This document shows positions 29,706 through 39,719 of a stretch of 56,325 bases of DNA, one piece after another (the stretch's first letter is position 1; the number at the start of each line of letters is the position of its first letter). Made by a program: the position numbers and the translations under genes. The stretch is from positions 1 to 56,325 of IMG/VR virus record IMGVR_UViG_3300042868_007474. One strand, given 5' to 3'. Under the pieces are notes generated by a model, which saw nothing but the letters and a program-made list of their open reading frames with translations, did not search any database and was not told the DNA's origin. Source of the DNA: a virus. Taxonomy: Duplodnaviria; Caudoviricetes.

Positions 29706-29999
29706 ATGGCAACCACCACCACCACTCCCATCTGGGACAAACTCATCTCCACCGCCGACTATACCCGAGTCCGTGAAAAGACCTGTGGCCTTGTCCACGA
29801 GGTCTTCTCCACCGCCGATGGTTGGTCTGAAGCCCGTGGGGCGACCCATACCCTCTACTGTGGCGAAGGCCACGGCAAGGGTATCCGCCCCGCCCGCCTC
29901 CTCCAGACTGTCCTCTGGGTTGGCACGGACGAGACCCCGACCGCCGATGGCACGGACACCCGCATCGTCTGGGAGAAGTGGGAGGTCAAACGCCTCTGA
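29706..29999 (+). CDS. Array hypothetical protein
   Basis: 97 aa. Confidence 0.7.
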   Translation: MATTTTTPIWDKLISTADYTRVREKTCGLVHEVFSTADGWSEARGATHTLYCGEGHGKGIRPARLLQTVLWVGTDETPTADGTDTRIVWEKWEVKRL

Positions 30000-30152
30000 C
30001 CACGGAGGGGGCAAGGGGCGAAAGCCCCGACCTCCCGTTTGCTAGGCGGAGCATACGACCGACTCCACTCATAAAAATAGTTAAAAAAGTTGTTGCTTTA
30101 AAAATTAAAATCTCCATGTTCATAGATGCACCAACGCACTCCCAACAACATT

Positions 30153-30362
30153 ATGAACCCGCTCCTCATCATCGAACTGTCCAACAGCCACACCGCCTCT
30201 GGACTCCCCATCCGCAAGTGGTCTGCTTACACCAAGCAAAAACTGCTCCTTGCTTACATCAACGGCAAGGTCTCTGAAAAGTCCTTCCAGACCGCAGTCT
30301 CGGCGGTCGAACAATTCCGCATCATGGTCGAAGCCAAGGAAGCCCAAGTGGTCGAGGCGTAA
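30153..30362 (+). CDS. Array hypothetical protein
   Basis: MNPLLIIEL. Confidence 0.7.
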   Translation: MNPLLIIELSNSHTASGLPIRKWSAYTKQKLLLAYINGKVSEKSFQTAVSAVEQFRIMVEAKEAQVVEA

Positions 30363-30501
30363 GCCTCGGCGGGACAGCCCCCGATGGGGGCTTTCTCAGC
30401 CCGTAGACCTACGGAACTAAACGACAGGTATCGCTCATAAAAAGTTTTAAATAATTTAAAAAAATGCTTGTGCTTCCCGTGGCATCTGTCAGTCTATCGG
30501 T

Positions 30502-30750
30502 ATGGAAATTACTTCCAACGGGGCTAACTCCTCGGGCAACTCCCCTGCCCGACTCACCCTCGCCGAGGCCAACCTCGCCGTCCGTGCGGCTTACGGCAAG
30601 GTCTCTGCGACCAGCCGAGCCCTCAACGAGGCTGTCGAGGGTAGCGAAGGCTACCACCTCGCCCGAGCCCATTGGCTCATCGCCTTGGACAACCGAGACC
30701 ACGCCGAGGCCGTGGTGTTCGCCCTTGAGGACGAAGCCCGAGGGGGCTAA
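30502..30750 (+). CDS. Array hypothetical protein
   Basis: 82 aa. Confidence 0.7.
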   Translation: MEITSNGANSSGNSPARLTLAEANLAVRAAYGKVSATSRALNEAVEGSEGYHLARAHWLIALDNRDHAEAVVFALEDEARGG

Positions 30751-30885
30751 CGCCCTTGATGGGTCGCCCCCTCACGGGGGCTTTTTACACGCCGTGCCTA
30801 CGGAACTTAATGACAGGTGTTGAGCATAAAATAGTTTGAGATTTTTCTTGAAAAAGTTTCCGAGGTTCACAGTATGGTAGATGTT

Positions 30886-31050
30886 ATGAATACCAATATG
30901 ACCACCCCGCTCCCCTCCATCCACTTCAACAACGAGAAGTCGTTGGCGACCTTCCTCGCCACCTTCATCTCCACGGGCTCGACCGCCCACTACTCGGTGG
31001 TCGAACTCGGCGAAGGACACTTCCTCCTTCAGTTCTCTGGGGCTTACTAA
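30886..31050 (+). CDS. Array micro-protein (54 aa, not in ORF track)
   Basis: MNTNMTTPLPSIHFNNEKSLATFLATF...FLLQFSGAY. Confidence 0.65.
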   Translation: MNTNMTTPLPSIHFNNEKSLATFLATFISTGSTAHYSVVELGEGHFLLQFSGAY

Positions 31051-31298
31051 GCCCTCGGGGCTCGGGGTCAGTCTCTGACCTCGGGTCATCCCGCTCGCTA
31101 GGTCGCTCACTCGGTCGTTTTTGGTCTGGTCGGAGTCCGTTTGGATTATTGTAGCACAAAAACAGCACCGCCGTCAAGCAAATAGATGAAGATTTATTTT
31201 TAAATAAAATGAGAAAGTTCTTGTGTCGGTCGGTGGATGTTGTAGAGTGATGGAGTCGAAAGACACCAAACACCAACCCAACCCAAACAAACAACAAT

Positions 31299-31565
31299 AT
31301 GTCCACCCAATCGTTCAACAGCATGGAAGTCTTCACCTGCCGTATGGCTCTCCGCACGGCGGCAGAAAGCAAGGGCAAGATGCACCTCACCAACCCCGTC
31401 CTCGTTCGCCGTTGTGCGACCCGCCTCCTCACCGCAATCGGGGTGCAGGGCATCACCAACCGCACCCGCTGGGAAACCCTCCACCAGACCTTCGAAGCGA
31501 CCTTCGGTGTCCAGATGGATGAGCAGGACGCTCAACGCAAGGCAGAGGTCGCCAAGGCGAACTAA
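31299..31565 (+). CDS. Array hypothetical protein
   Basis: 88 aa. Confidence 0.7.
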   Translation: MSTQSFNSMEVFTCRMALRTAAESKGKMHLTNPVLVRRCATRLLTAIGVQGITNRTRWETLHQTFEATFGVQMDEQDAQRKAEVAKAN

Positions 31566-31806
31566 TCGCCCGCCGAGGCAAGACCGCCTCGACCCTTACG
31601 GGTCGGGGCTTTTTGCGTTCACCTGTTCAGCCGTTCACTAGTGAACAAATGTTCACGGCCAACCTGCCTATGTAGCGTATCAAAAAAGAACAAATCTCTA
31701 TTGTAGCAGAAAAACGGATACGACACAAGAAAAAAGATAAAAATAAATCGTCTAAATAAATGAGAAAGTTCTTGTCGAAATCGAAAAAAACCTCTATGGT
31801 ATCGTT

Positions 31807-32334
31807 ATGGAAAACACTCCATCGGGGCTCAACCTCGTCAGCACCTCCCCTGCTGACCTCACCACCAACGCCAGCACCTTCGTCAGCGTGTGCAACGCCC
31901 GCAAGGGTCAGTTCATCCGCCTGTCGTATCGCTCCAACCCCAAGCCCTCCGCCAAGTTCAAGGGCGTGGTCTTGGAGAAGGTCAGCACGGGCATCTACCG
32001 CACGGGCGTTGACTTCGCCAACCTCTCCGCCGTCAAGGAGGGTATCGCCAATAAGGAGCGTGGCGAGGTTCAGCCCCTTAACGAGGGTCAGTCTTGGCTG
32101 GTGTTCCCCTTCGTCATCCGCACCGCCAAGGGCGGGGAACTCCTTCGCATCACCACCGCCGAGGGTCAGCGGGCGGAGGTCGTGTTCAAGGCGGACGGCG
32201 TGGAGGTCTCCAAGGAACAGTTTGAGTCTTACCTCATCCCGTCCGCCCGCTCGGATGCCAAGACCGAGCCCCTGCTGGTGTTCACCATCAAGGCGGAGAA
32301 CCTCATCAGCGTGGCGGGGATTGACCTCCCGTAA
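31807..32334 (+). CDS. Array protein, paralog of 38159..38674
   Basis: KGQFI.LS...FKGV.LEK...G.YRTG..FANL..VKE.I.NKERGEVQPL is shared. Confidence 0.85.
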   Translation: MENTPSGLNLVSTSPADLTTNASTFVSVCNARKGQFIRLSYRSNPKPSAKFKGVVLEKVSTGIYRTGVDFANLSAVKEGIANKERGEVQPLNEGQSWLVFPFVIRTAKGGELLRITTAEGQRAEVVFKADGVEVSKEQFESYLIPSARSDAKTEPLLVFTIKAENLISVAGIDLP

Positions 32335-32515
32335 GGGAGGCGGGTCGGGCAACGGGCTCGGGGGCTTGACCGCCCTCGGGCTCTTATGCTTTAAATCGGT
32401 CGTATCCGATGCCTAGCATCGTAGCATAGGTATGTCGTTATGAGCGTTGGCGGTCATAAAATAGTTGGAAATAAATCTTGTAATTTGGCACGGGGTGGGG
32501 TAGAGTATCTATGTT

Positions 32516-32740
32516 ATGAAAAACACCGCTACCATTAAAAAAACTCACACCCGCTGTTGGGGCTGGGCAAATAAATCCTTCACTATCCACAAGGGTATGA
32601 AGTGCGTCCTCGCTACCAACCTCCCCGAGGGCTCGGGCTATTGGCTCAAAAACATCCCAAAGGAGATGAAGGGCAATCTCGACTATAAGGGATGGCACGA
32701 GGTCTATGGCATCCTCATCCGTCCCGAGGAGGTGGCATAA
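32516..32740 (+). CDS. Array hypothetical protein
   Basis: 74 aa. Confidence 0.7.
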   Translation: MKNTATIKKTHTRCWGWANKSFTIHKGMKCVLATNLPEGSGYWLKNIPKEMKGNLDYKGWHEVYGILIRPEEVA

Positions 32741-32809
32741 GCCACCCCTCGCAAATACTTTAAAATAAAACTTGCAAACCCCAGACCCTTGGCTATCTTA
32801 ATGACTGAT

Positions 32810-33046
32810 ATGACTACCCAGACCCCCGAAAATATCCTCACCCTCCTCGGATGGCATGAGACCCAATCCTCTACTGTTGCCTTCCGTCAGTATCGGATTG
32901 CCAAGAATGAGACGACCGCAGAGTGGAGGCGTATCCCCGTCAATAACTACCTGCTCACGATGTGCCGTGACGGCTCGGTATGGGGCGACTACATCACCAT
33001 TAACCTCGGGATGAAGGACAGGGAGATGGTGGTCGCCAAGTGGTGA
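32810..33046 (+). CDS. Array hypothetical protein
   Basis: MTTQTPEN. Confidence 0.65.
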   Translation: MTTQTPENILTLLGWHETQSSTVAFRQYRIAKNETTAEWRRIPVNNYLLTMCRDGSVWGDYITINLGMKDREMVVAKW

Positions 33047-33164
33047 GATAGCCACGCCGCCCAAAGGGGTGGCACGGCTACGCCGTTGATAGGTTCTATG
33101 CACGGCAAGAAAGTTGAAAATACTTCTCGACTTTCAGACACCGATGGTCATTATGGTAGATGTT

Positions 33165-33302
33165 ATGAACATCTCCGACCTCCCCGCTCTCCTCCTCCTT
33201 GGAGGCTTCTCCTTCTCCTTCGGCTTCGGCCTCGCCCTCTGCCTTGACATGGCACAGGCGGCTCGCCGTGGCGACCTTGACCTGCCCCTTCGGCAGGAGT
33301 AA
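33165..33302 (+). CDS. Small membrane peptide
   Basis: MNISDLPALLLLGGFSFSFGFGLALCL. Confidence 0.6.
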   Translation: MNISDLPALLLLGGFSFSFGFGLALCLDMAQAARRGDLDLPLRQE

Positions 33303-33511
33303 GGCAACGGCCTCACCTCTCGGGGTGGGGCTTTCCTTTGCTACGCTTGCTAGGTTGCAAGACTACGCCCACAATGTGGGGCTGGCTCGACCAATTTGGT
33401 ATAGTGTAGCAGAAAGCCACGGGTCTGTAAAGTAAAAAAGTGAAGATTTATTTTTTAAAAAAAGCATTTTCACCTTGTGCTTTTCCGAAAGAGGGTCATA
33501 GTTAGTCCTGT

Positions 33512-33784
33512 ATGAACTACATCACCCTCACCTCCTCCATCCACGATAGCGAAAAGATTGCCTTCGGCATCCCCGCAGAAGCCCTTGAAGCGGTCGTGGC
33601 GACCCTCACCCTCAACCCCGAGACGGAAGTCCCCGTGGCGGTCTCTGAACGCCTTGTGGGTATGTCCACGGAATACTCAACTGTGTTCCGTGCGACCCTT
33701 GCCAAGCCCGACCCCGAGATTGACTCCGAGTGGCATCTGGTCGCCGAGGCTGGCGGTCATCCCGTTTACTTCCTCCAACAGTAA
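33512..33784 (+). CDS. Array hypothetical protein
   Basis: 90 aa. Confidence 0.7.
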   Translation: MNYITLTSSIHDSEKIAFGIPAEALEAVVATLTLNPETEVPVAVSERLVGMSTEYSTVFRATLAKPDPEIDSEWHLVAEAGGHPVYFLQQ

Positions 33785-33932
33785 GGGGAGGTCAAGGCGG
33801 GTCAGCCCCCTCACGGGGGCTTTCTTGTTTGCACGGCCACGCTGTTGCTAGGTCGCATATACGACTGAACCCAGTCAAATAAAGTTTAAAATAAACTTGT
33901 AATCGGGTGCGGGACTGTTAGAGTAGTGAAGT

Positions 33933-34187
33933 ATGAAAAACCAAATCGCAGAAGAACTCGTCTCCCTCCACGCCCTCCGTGCCTTTGACAAGGGGATGGA
34001 TGCGTGGGGCGACACCCTCGACCCCCACTTCTCCAAGTCCCCCTGCGAGTGTTGCGGGACGCACCTTGCGGGAGACCGCTTTGATTGTGAAGCCCTTGCC
34101 CTTGTGGTGCGGGACGGACGGCAGTCCCTTCACAAGTTGAATGACACCTTTGCCTGTTGCCCCGACTGCGTAGTGAAGTGGCAGTAA
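33933..34187 (+). CDS. Zn-ribbon-like small protein
   Basis: FSKSPCECCGTHLAGDR...CCPDC. Confidence 0.7.
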   Translation: MKNQIAEELVSLHALRAFDKGMDAWGDTLDPHFSKSPCECCGTHLAGDRFDCEALALVVRDGRQSLHKLNDTFACCPDCVVKWQ

Positions 34188-34232
34188 AATAAACTTGCAA
34201 TCCACCCAGCACCCGCCATACTTATCCCTGTT

Positions 34233-34469
34233 ATGAAAAACGAACCCTCCTTGTGTGACCATTGTGCCGAGCCGATTGACTTCGGCTCTTATCACCCCTT
34301 CACGGCTGTCCCTTGGGACACCGCCTCCGCCTCCAAAGGCGAGTCCGCTTGCCTTTGCTCGGCTTGCGTCTCGGACTTCAAGGAGCAGGAGGACTCGGAG
34401 GAAGATACCGAGTATGATGGACAGCCAGATGAGATGCAGGAGTGGCACGACTTCGACCCCGACTGCTAA
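34233..34469 (+). CDS. Zn-finger protein with acidic tail
   Basis: CDHC...CLCSAC; DGQPDEMQEWHDFDPDC. Confidence 0.7.
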   Translation: MKNEPSLCDHCAEPIDFGSYHPFTAVPWDTASASKGESACLCSACVSDFKEQEDSEEDTEYDGQPDEMQEWHDFDPDC

Positions 34470-34589
34470 TCGGGAGTCAGCCCCTTGCGGGGCTTTACCC
34501 GTTGATAGGTTATTACAATGAAACAATCCAAAAAGAAAGTTAAAAATAAACTTGCAAAGCGTAAACGGATACGCAAGATAGTCCGTGTT

Positions 34590-34721
34590 ATGAAAAACAA
34601 GACTATTACCCAGATGGAAGTTCTCAAAGCCGTCCGCAAGACGCTCCCGCCCGCCTCCCGTGCCTTCACGGATAAGCGTGGCAAGGACAAGCGTAAGGAG
34701 TGGAAGCGGGAGGAGTGGTGA
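34590..34721 (+). CDS. Basic micro-protein, paralog of 26591..26725
   Basis: MKNKTITQMEVLKAVRKTLPPASRAFTDKRGKDKRKEWKREEW. Confidence 0.7.
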   Translation: MKNKTITQMEVLKAVRKTLPPASRAFTDKRGKDKRKEWKREEW

Positions 34722-34879
34722 GCGACCTCTACCAAGTGTGCGAGTGGACGCTTGAGCGTCCCAACGCCGCAAGATGCAATCGCCTCCGCAATCTGCTTGT
34801 TAGGATGGGTTATCCCATCGAGACCCAATGGTGGACTGACGAGCAGGTTGTAACCTTTGCGAAACGCACCACCCACTAA
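34718..34879 (+). CDS. Micro-protein (53 aa, GTG start, not in ORF track) with GYP.E...W.D motif
   Basis: RNLLVRMGYPIETQWWTDEQVVTFA resembles the 36797 and 39720 proteins. Confidence 0.6.
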   Translation: MSDLYQVCEWTLERPNAARCNRLRNLLVRMGYPIETQWWTDEQVVTFAKRTTH

Positions 34880-34967
34880 CCTACGAAACTAAACGACAGG
34901 TCTCGGTCGTAAAATAATTTAAAATAGTTTTGACAACACCCCTTGGTTGTGCATAATGTATCTCGTT

Positions 34968-35177
34968 ATGAAAACCAAAAAAGAAAAACAAACGCACTTC
35001 GTCACCGCCAACATCACCATCGTCTATGAGGTCTTTACGGACTCCAAGGGCAAGGCGGAAATCAAGTTTATGGAGGCGTTCGAGAACCTTGACGAGCGAG
35101 CCGAGATGGTTCGTGATTGCATCCTTGAAATCGAAAAGGTTGAGAACGCTCACGAACATCTCGGAGATGCAGAATAA
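34968..35177 (+). CDS. Array hypothetical protein
   Basis: MKTKKEKQ. Confidence 0.65.
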   Translation: MKTKKEKQTHFVTANITIVYEVFTDSKGKAEIKFMEAFENLDERAEMVRDCILEIEKVENAHEHLGDAE

Positions 35178-35220
35178 TTAATTTGACAAACCACAACGCA
35201 ACGCCATACTGTATCTTGTT

Positions 35221-35484
35221 ATGACCAACCTCCGACCATCATCCAAACTCACCAAGGAAGAACTCGCCAAGGCTACGCCAGAGACCCGCAGGGTCTTGGC
35301 TATGAAGCCCGTCATCTATCCCAAGACCGACAAGGGCTTTGGAAAGGCCGAGGATGACTTTGCCTTCCTTATGGACTATGCCCTTGGAACTGACGAGGGT
35401 GAAGTTATCAACAACGCCTTGAATTGGAAGCGTTGGGAACTCTCGGAATACTACGAAAAGAAATACGGCTGGGATATCTGTTAA
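35221..35484 (+). CDS. Array hypothetical protein
   Basis: 87 aa; promoter TTGACA...CATACT directly upstream. Confidence 0.7.
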   Translation: MTNLRPSSKLTKEELAKATPETRRVLAMKPVIYPKTDKGFGKAEDDFAFLMDYALGTDEGEVINNALNWKRWELSEYYEKKYGWDIC

Positions 35485-35611
35485 TAGTTTGCCCCGTCAA
35501 GGGGGCAACACATACATAGGTTTGTATATGCAGGTATTCAGTCGTGAAATAGTTTAAAATAAACTTGTAAAGCATCCCGACTTGTGCATTATAGTAAGTC
35601 TATCACCCGCT

Positions 35612-35830
35612 ATGAACACCACACCCAGCACCCACGCCATCGTCACCGACCTCGGAACTCAATGGTTCGACCTCCTCGGCCTCCGCAATGAAGCCCCTTA
35701 CGGGAGTGCCAAGTATAACCGAGCCGAGGCCAAGATGACCATCCTTGAGGACAAGGCATCTATGCTAATCTTTAATGACACCGACCACACTATGTGTGAG
35801 TGCCTCAACGGCAGGGAGGAGGAGCGTTAA
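35612..35830 (+). CDS. Array hypothetical protein
   Basis: MNTTPSTH. Confidence 0.65.
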   Translation: MNTTPSTHAIVTDLGTQWFDLLGLRNEAPYGSAKYNRAEAKMTILEDKASMLIFNDTDHTMCECLNGREEER

Positions 35831-35970
35831 GAGGCAGGGCGAGACGCACCAAATGCGTCATCGCTCCGCTTGCTAGGTATGTTATATGATTGGTTTCGGT
35901 CGTATCTTTTTATTCTATTTTATCTTTTGGTGCTGGACTTTCTCCCCTCGGTGTGCATACTTGTTCTTCT

Positions 35971-36267
35971 ATGACCCCCCACAGCATCATTGACACCACC
36001 CAGCGGGCTTGCCTCCGACTCCTCCCGCACAAGCCCACGGAGGACGGCGTTGTTTACCTCCGAGAGGTCATCACCACGACTCTCGACTCTATCGGCATTG
36101 ACGAGAAAATGCCCGTGGTGGTCAAGCACATGGCAGTCCTTGCCGAGTGGGATGTTGAACACCTCCACCAATTCGAAAGCCACCAGCGACCTCACATCAT
36201 CGAGTGCCTTGGCATCTGTGCGTATCTCTCCGACAAGATGAACGAAGGTTATTTTCAAAATAACTGA
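35971..36267 (+). CDS. Array hypothetical protein
   Basis: MTPHSIID. Confidence 0.65.
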   Translation: MTPHSIIDTTQRACLRLLPHKPTEDGVVYLREVITTTLDSIGIDEKMPVVVKHMAVLAEWDVEHLHQFESHQRPHIIECLGICAYLSDKMNEGYFQNN

Positions 36268-36334
36268 AAATAAACTTGCATTAAAAAATGATTTGTGCAT
36301 ACTGTATCTTCTCACCCAATACCAACAAAAACAA

Positions 36335-36655
36335 ATGAAGCCCAACACCGACACCCTCAACGCCTTCCTTGACGAACACACCACGCACTTGTCTGCGGAG
36401 GTCGTGTCCCTCTGGATGGAGAACCTCCACGAAACCGAGCCGACTCGGGATATCCTCGACCAAGCCGAAGAGGCTTATATCGGTGAGTTCCGAGACCTTA
36501 CCCGCCTTGCCGAGTATCTGATTGATGAGTCGGGTATGCTCTCAAACATCCCCTCCGAGGTCGCCAATTATTTCGACTACGAGAAGTATGGCAATGACCT
36601 CCGAATGGGTGGAGATGTTTGGGAGTCGGAAGGACACTTCTTCCGCAACATCTAA
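36335..36655 (+). CDS. ardA: ArdA-like antirestriction (DNA mimic) protein, short form
   Basis: EEAYIGEF....LAEYLIDESGML..IP..VANYFDYEKYGNDL..GGD....GHFF is the ArdA C-terminal signature. Confidence 0.8.
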   Translation: MKPNTDTLNAFLDEHTTHLSAEVVSLWMENLHETEPTRDILDQAEEAYIGEFRDLTRLAEYLIDESGMLSNIPSEVANYFDYEKYGNDLRMGGDVWESEGHFFRNI

Positions 36656-36796
36656 CCAGCGGGAGACCGCCCCGAGAGGGGGCTTCTCCTTTGGTCGGAT
36701 ACATAGGCAATGCTATGGTTGAAAATAATTAAAAATTATCTTGTAAGTTTTAGATTTTATGTCATACTGTATCTCTATCACCCACCACACACAACA

Positions 36797-37030
36797 ATGA
36801 GCCGCACCCCTCCCGAAACCGACACCGAAATCCGTAACGAGTTCTCCGACCGCTACAACTACTTCTCGTTTATGACGATGGTAGCCCAATGCAAGAACCG
36901 TGCCTCCCAGAAGGCCGTCTGTGCTTACGCCCGCCGCATGATGGTCGTCCTTGGCTATCCCGCCGAGACCGCCACTTGGGACGATGCCCAGACCATCAAC
37001 TACGCACAAAATATTGTGATGATGGGCTAA
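36797..37030 (+). CDS. Array protein with GYP.E...W.D motif
   Basis: RRMMVVLGYPAETATWDDAQTINYA. Confidence 0.7.
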   Translation: MSRTPPETDTEIRNEFSDRYNYFSFMTMVAQCKNRASQKAVCAYARRMMVVLGYPAETATWDDAQTINYAQNIVMMG

Positions 37031-37075
37031 AAATAATCTTGTATTCAAACCCAATCCGTGCATACTGTATCTACT

Positions 37076-37336
37076 ATGACCACCAACTATTCCCCCCAGC
37101 AGGTTTCTCACATCGCCCTCCAGCACCTTGACTGCCCCGAGCATCTTCCTCGGGCGTGGTCTGACATGACCCCCAGCGAACAGGCTATGGCCGTCTGGTT
37201 TATGAGACGCAGGGACTACCACACCCGCTCGGGAGTGGCTTACCACATCCTCGGCTGTGCCACCAAGGCCAAGGGCGACCATCTCACCGAGGCCGAGGCC
37301 GACACCCTCTGGGAACTCATCTTCCCCAAGGAGTGA
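37076..37336 (+). CDS. Array hypothetical protein
   Basis: MTTNYSPQ. Confidence 0.7.
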   Translation: MTTNYSPQQVSHIALQHLDCPEHLPRAWSDMTPSEQAMAVWFMRRRDYHTRSGVAYHILGCATKAKGDHLTEAEADTLWELIFPKE

Positions 37337-37458
37337 GGCACGGGGGGCTTTGCCCCTCGGCTTCGCCGTTGCTAGGTATCTATACGCACGAATGCCGTCA
37401 TAAAATAAATGCATTTGGTGCTTGAAAAAACCTCCGACCCGTGTATCCTGTATCTCGT

Positions 37459-37683
37459 ATGAATGAGAACTCAATTGCCCGCCTCGGCTTTGACGCTTGG
37501 GCTGATAACATCATCGTCAATGTCATCGAGAACGCCCCTCCCTTGCCCTTCAAGTGGGAGGACGACCACGGGACGACTGTGGCTATCACCCGCCAAGGAG
37601 ACGACCTCCACGGGGTCGTAAGGGCATACTATCACGGCTGGCAGACTCACGAAGTCTCCGTGAAAAATAAGTTTAAAAAGTGA
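37459..37683 (+). CDS. Array hypothetical protein
   Basis: MNENSIAR. Confidence 0.65.
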   Translation: MNENSIARLGFDAWADNIIVNVIENAPPLPFKWEDDHGTTVAITRQGDDLHGVVRAYYHGWQTHEVSVKNKFKK

Positions 37684-37735
37684 TTGCACAAACCTCTAAA
37701 CTGTGCATACTGTAATTCTCTCCCCCACCAAAACA

Positions 37736-37915
37736 ATGAAAACCCCACAAAACCAAAAAGCAGAAATCGCCCGCCTCATTAAGTATATCACCAAGCAAGC
37801 GGTGATTTGCGATGACGGACGCTCCATCGGCTCGGAAGAGGAACAGCAGGAGCAGTCCTGCCGACTGATGGAAGCACTTCTCCGCCTCAACATCCTCATT
37901 GACGAGCAGGAGTAA
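37736..37915 (+). CDS. Array hypothetical protein
   Basis: MKTPQNQK. Confidence 0.65.
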   Translation: MKTPQNQKAEIARLIKYITKQAVICDDGRSIGSEEEQQEQSCRLMEALLRLNILIDEQE

Positions 37916-38158
37916 GGGGTAAGGCAGGACAAACAAACCGAGGGGGCTCACGCCCCCTCTTTTGTTTTGTGTTAGTCGGCTTCGCCTCCTATGCACCAGA
38001 TGCGTCAGCCCATTTGGTATAGTCTAACAGAAAAACAAAACAAAGTAAAGCACTAAACCAAAAATAAAAGTTTAGTTATTTTCTCAAATCGCTTTACTTC
38101 CGTCTCAAAGTGTGCATAGTAGTCTATGTCACCAACGACACCAACCACCCAAAAACAT

Positions 38159-38674
38159 ATGAGCCACAACATCACCAACACGAAAGCCCTCGCCTTCGTC
38201 CACGCCTGCAACGACAAGAAGGGTCAGTTCATCGAACTGTCCTTCAAGTCCGAACCGACCCCCGCTTCCGCCTTCAAGGGCGTGAAGTTGGAAAAGTTCA
38301 CCAAGGGCGTGTATCGCACGGGTATCAACTTCGCCAACCTCGCCCCCGTCAAGGAAGCGATTGAAAACAAGGAGCGGGGTGAAGTCCAGCCCCTCGCTTG
38401 GGGTTCGTGGGCGGTTTTCCCCCTCGTCATCGCCCATACCAACAAGGCGGGCGAATACAAGGAATACCTCCGTATCACCTTCTCCCCCTCCCACAAGCCC
38501 GTTGTGGCTTACAAGGTGGACGGCGTGGAAGTGTCGAAGGAACACTTCGAAAGCCACCTGCGTCCGTCCGACCGCCTCCCGAAGCCCCCGACCTTGGTGT
38601 TCAACATCGAAGCGGACAACCTTCTGGAAGTCCACGGGCTCGACCTCACGGAAGCCGAAGTGTCGGGGGTCTAA
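38159..38674 (+). CDS. Array protein, paralog of 31807..32334
   Basis: See 31807. Confidence 0.85.
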   Translation: MSHNITNTKALAFVHACNDKKGQFIELSFKSEPTPASAFKGVKLEKFTKGVYRTGINFANLAPVKEAIENKERGEVQPLAWGSWAVFPLVIAHTNKAGEYKEYLRITFSPSHKPVVAYKVDGVEVSKEHFESHLRPSDRLPKPPTLVFNIEADNLLEVHGLDLTEAEVSGV

Positions 38675-38729
38675 CCCCCAGCCCTCTGGGGCTCGCCTCC
38701 ACCTCGCAAGGGGTGGGGGCTTCTCCGTT

Positions 38730-38761
38730 TGAACAGGCGTTCAGTAGTGAACATCTGTTCA
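38730..38761. promoter_or_regulatory. Tandem TGAAC-N4-GTTCA palindromes
   Basis: TGAACAGGCGTTCA-GTAG-TGAACATCTGTTCA; five more copies elsewhere in the array. Confidence 0.7.
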
Positions 38762-38872
38762 CCAATCATAGACCTATGCATTAGACATAGGTATGGTTAT
38801 GGCGGAAGGCGGTCAAATAAAGTTGTCGATTGTAGTTGTAATTTTTCCCGACCCGTGCATACTGACTCTCGT

Positions 38873-39196
38873 ATGAATAACACTACCAAGTTCCCCAAGT
38901 TCAGAACCTTCCTCAACGACCACAACAAATCGCCGAGGGCTATTGCCCTCGCCGTGTGCAACAAGGCATCCAAGAACGCCTGTTCCTGTTCGCTGGACGA
39001 CCTGCCCGAGACCTTCTCCTTCGTCCGTGAGGTCGATACGATGGAGAACACTATTGCCAATTGGGGCATCCCTCGCAACCCCTCTGACGGGCAGATTGAA
39101 GCCCTTTACAAGCACGCCTTGGAAGCCGTCCAAGACCTCTCCGTGTCGGCGGGCTTCTATCGCCTCCACAGCATTAAGCACCCGATTAAAATCTAA
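38873..39196 (+). CDS. Array hypothetical protein
   Basis: MNNTTKFP. Confidence 0.65.
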   Translation: MNNTTKFPKFRTFLNDHNKSPRAIALAVCNKASKNACSCSLDDLPETFSFVREVDTMENTIANWGIPRNPSDGQIEALYKHALEAVQDLSVSAGFYRLHSIKHPIKI

Positions 39197-39238
39197 AAAT
39201 CTTCTTGCAAAAAACCAAAACCCATACATACTACTTAA

Positions 39239-39526
39239 ATGCACATCACCCATCATCACAACTGCCACATCCATTCGGCTGTCCAGAACCTTACCCACGC
39301 AATCAAGCACCTCGAAAATGCTGACAAGGAGTTTCTTGTCGCCGAGGTGGTAGCATCCATTGGCGAGACGGGGGCGGTAGTCCCCGAGGATTATGTTCGC
39401 TTTATCGCAAATCCGTCCCGTAAGGAAGGTCGCTATCGCCTCCTCCGTGCCATCTCCGAAATGGAAAACGCTATTAAGGATGTCAGAAAGTCCCTTGAAA
39501 CCGACCCCAATAATGTCGAAAGTTGA
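39239..39526 (+). CDS. Array hypothetical protein
   Basis: 95 aa. Confidence 0.65.
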   Translation: MHITHHHNCHIHSAVQNLTHAIKHLENADKEFLVAEVVASIGETGAVVPEDYVRFIANPSRKEGRYRLLRAISEMENAIKDVRKSLETDPNNVES

Positions 39527-39695
39527 GGATGCGGATAGCCACCGAATGGCCGAGGTCAGAGACCTTGTGCTATTCGTTATCCGAGCCAAAGATAAATTGG
39601 CTGGGCAACCCGAGCCAGCCCGCTCGGAGAACCTTGCCCGTATCAAGGAAGCACAGATGAGGCTTGAAATTATAAAGTCCCATATGGGGCTGTAA
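39513..39695 (+). CDS. Array hypothetical protein
   Basis: MSKVEDAD, overlaps the previous stop. Confidence 0.55.
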   Translation: MSKVEDADSHRMAEVRDLVLFVIRAKDKLAGQPEPARSENLARIKEAQMRLEIIKSHMGL

Positions 39696-39719
39696 GCCCC
39701 ATTGACATAAGACAATTAT

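Noticed and set aside
34797-34804. TTGTTAGG as a junction motif copy
   Set aside because: Lies inside the 34718..34879 ORF (LVR codons); probably chance
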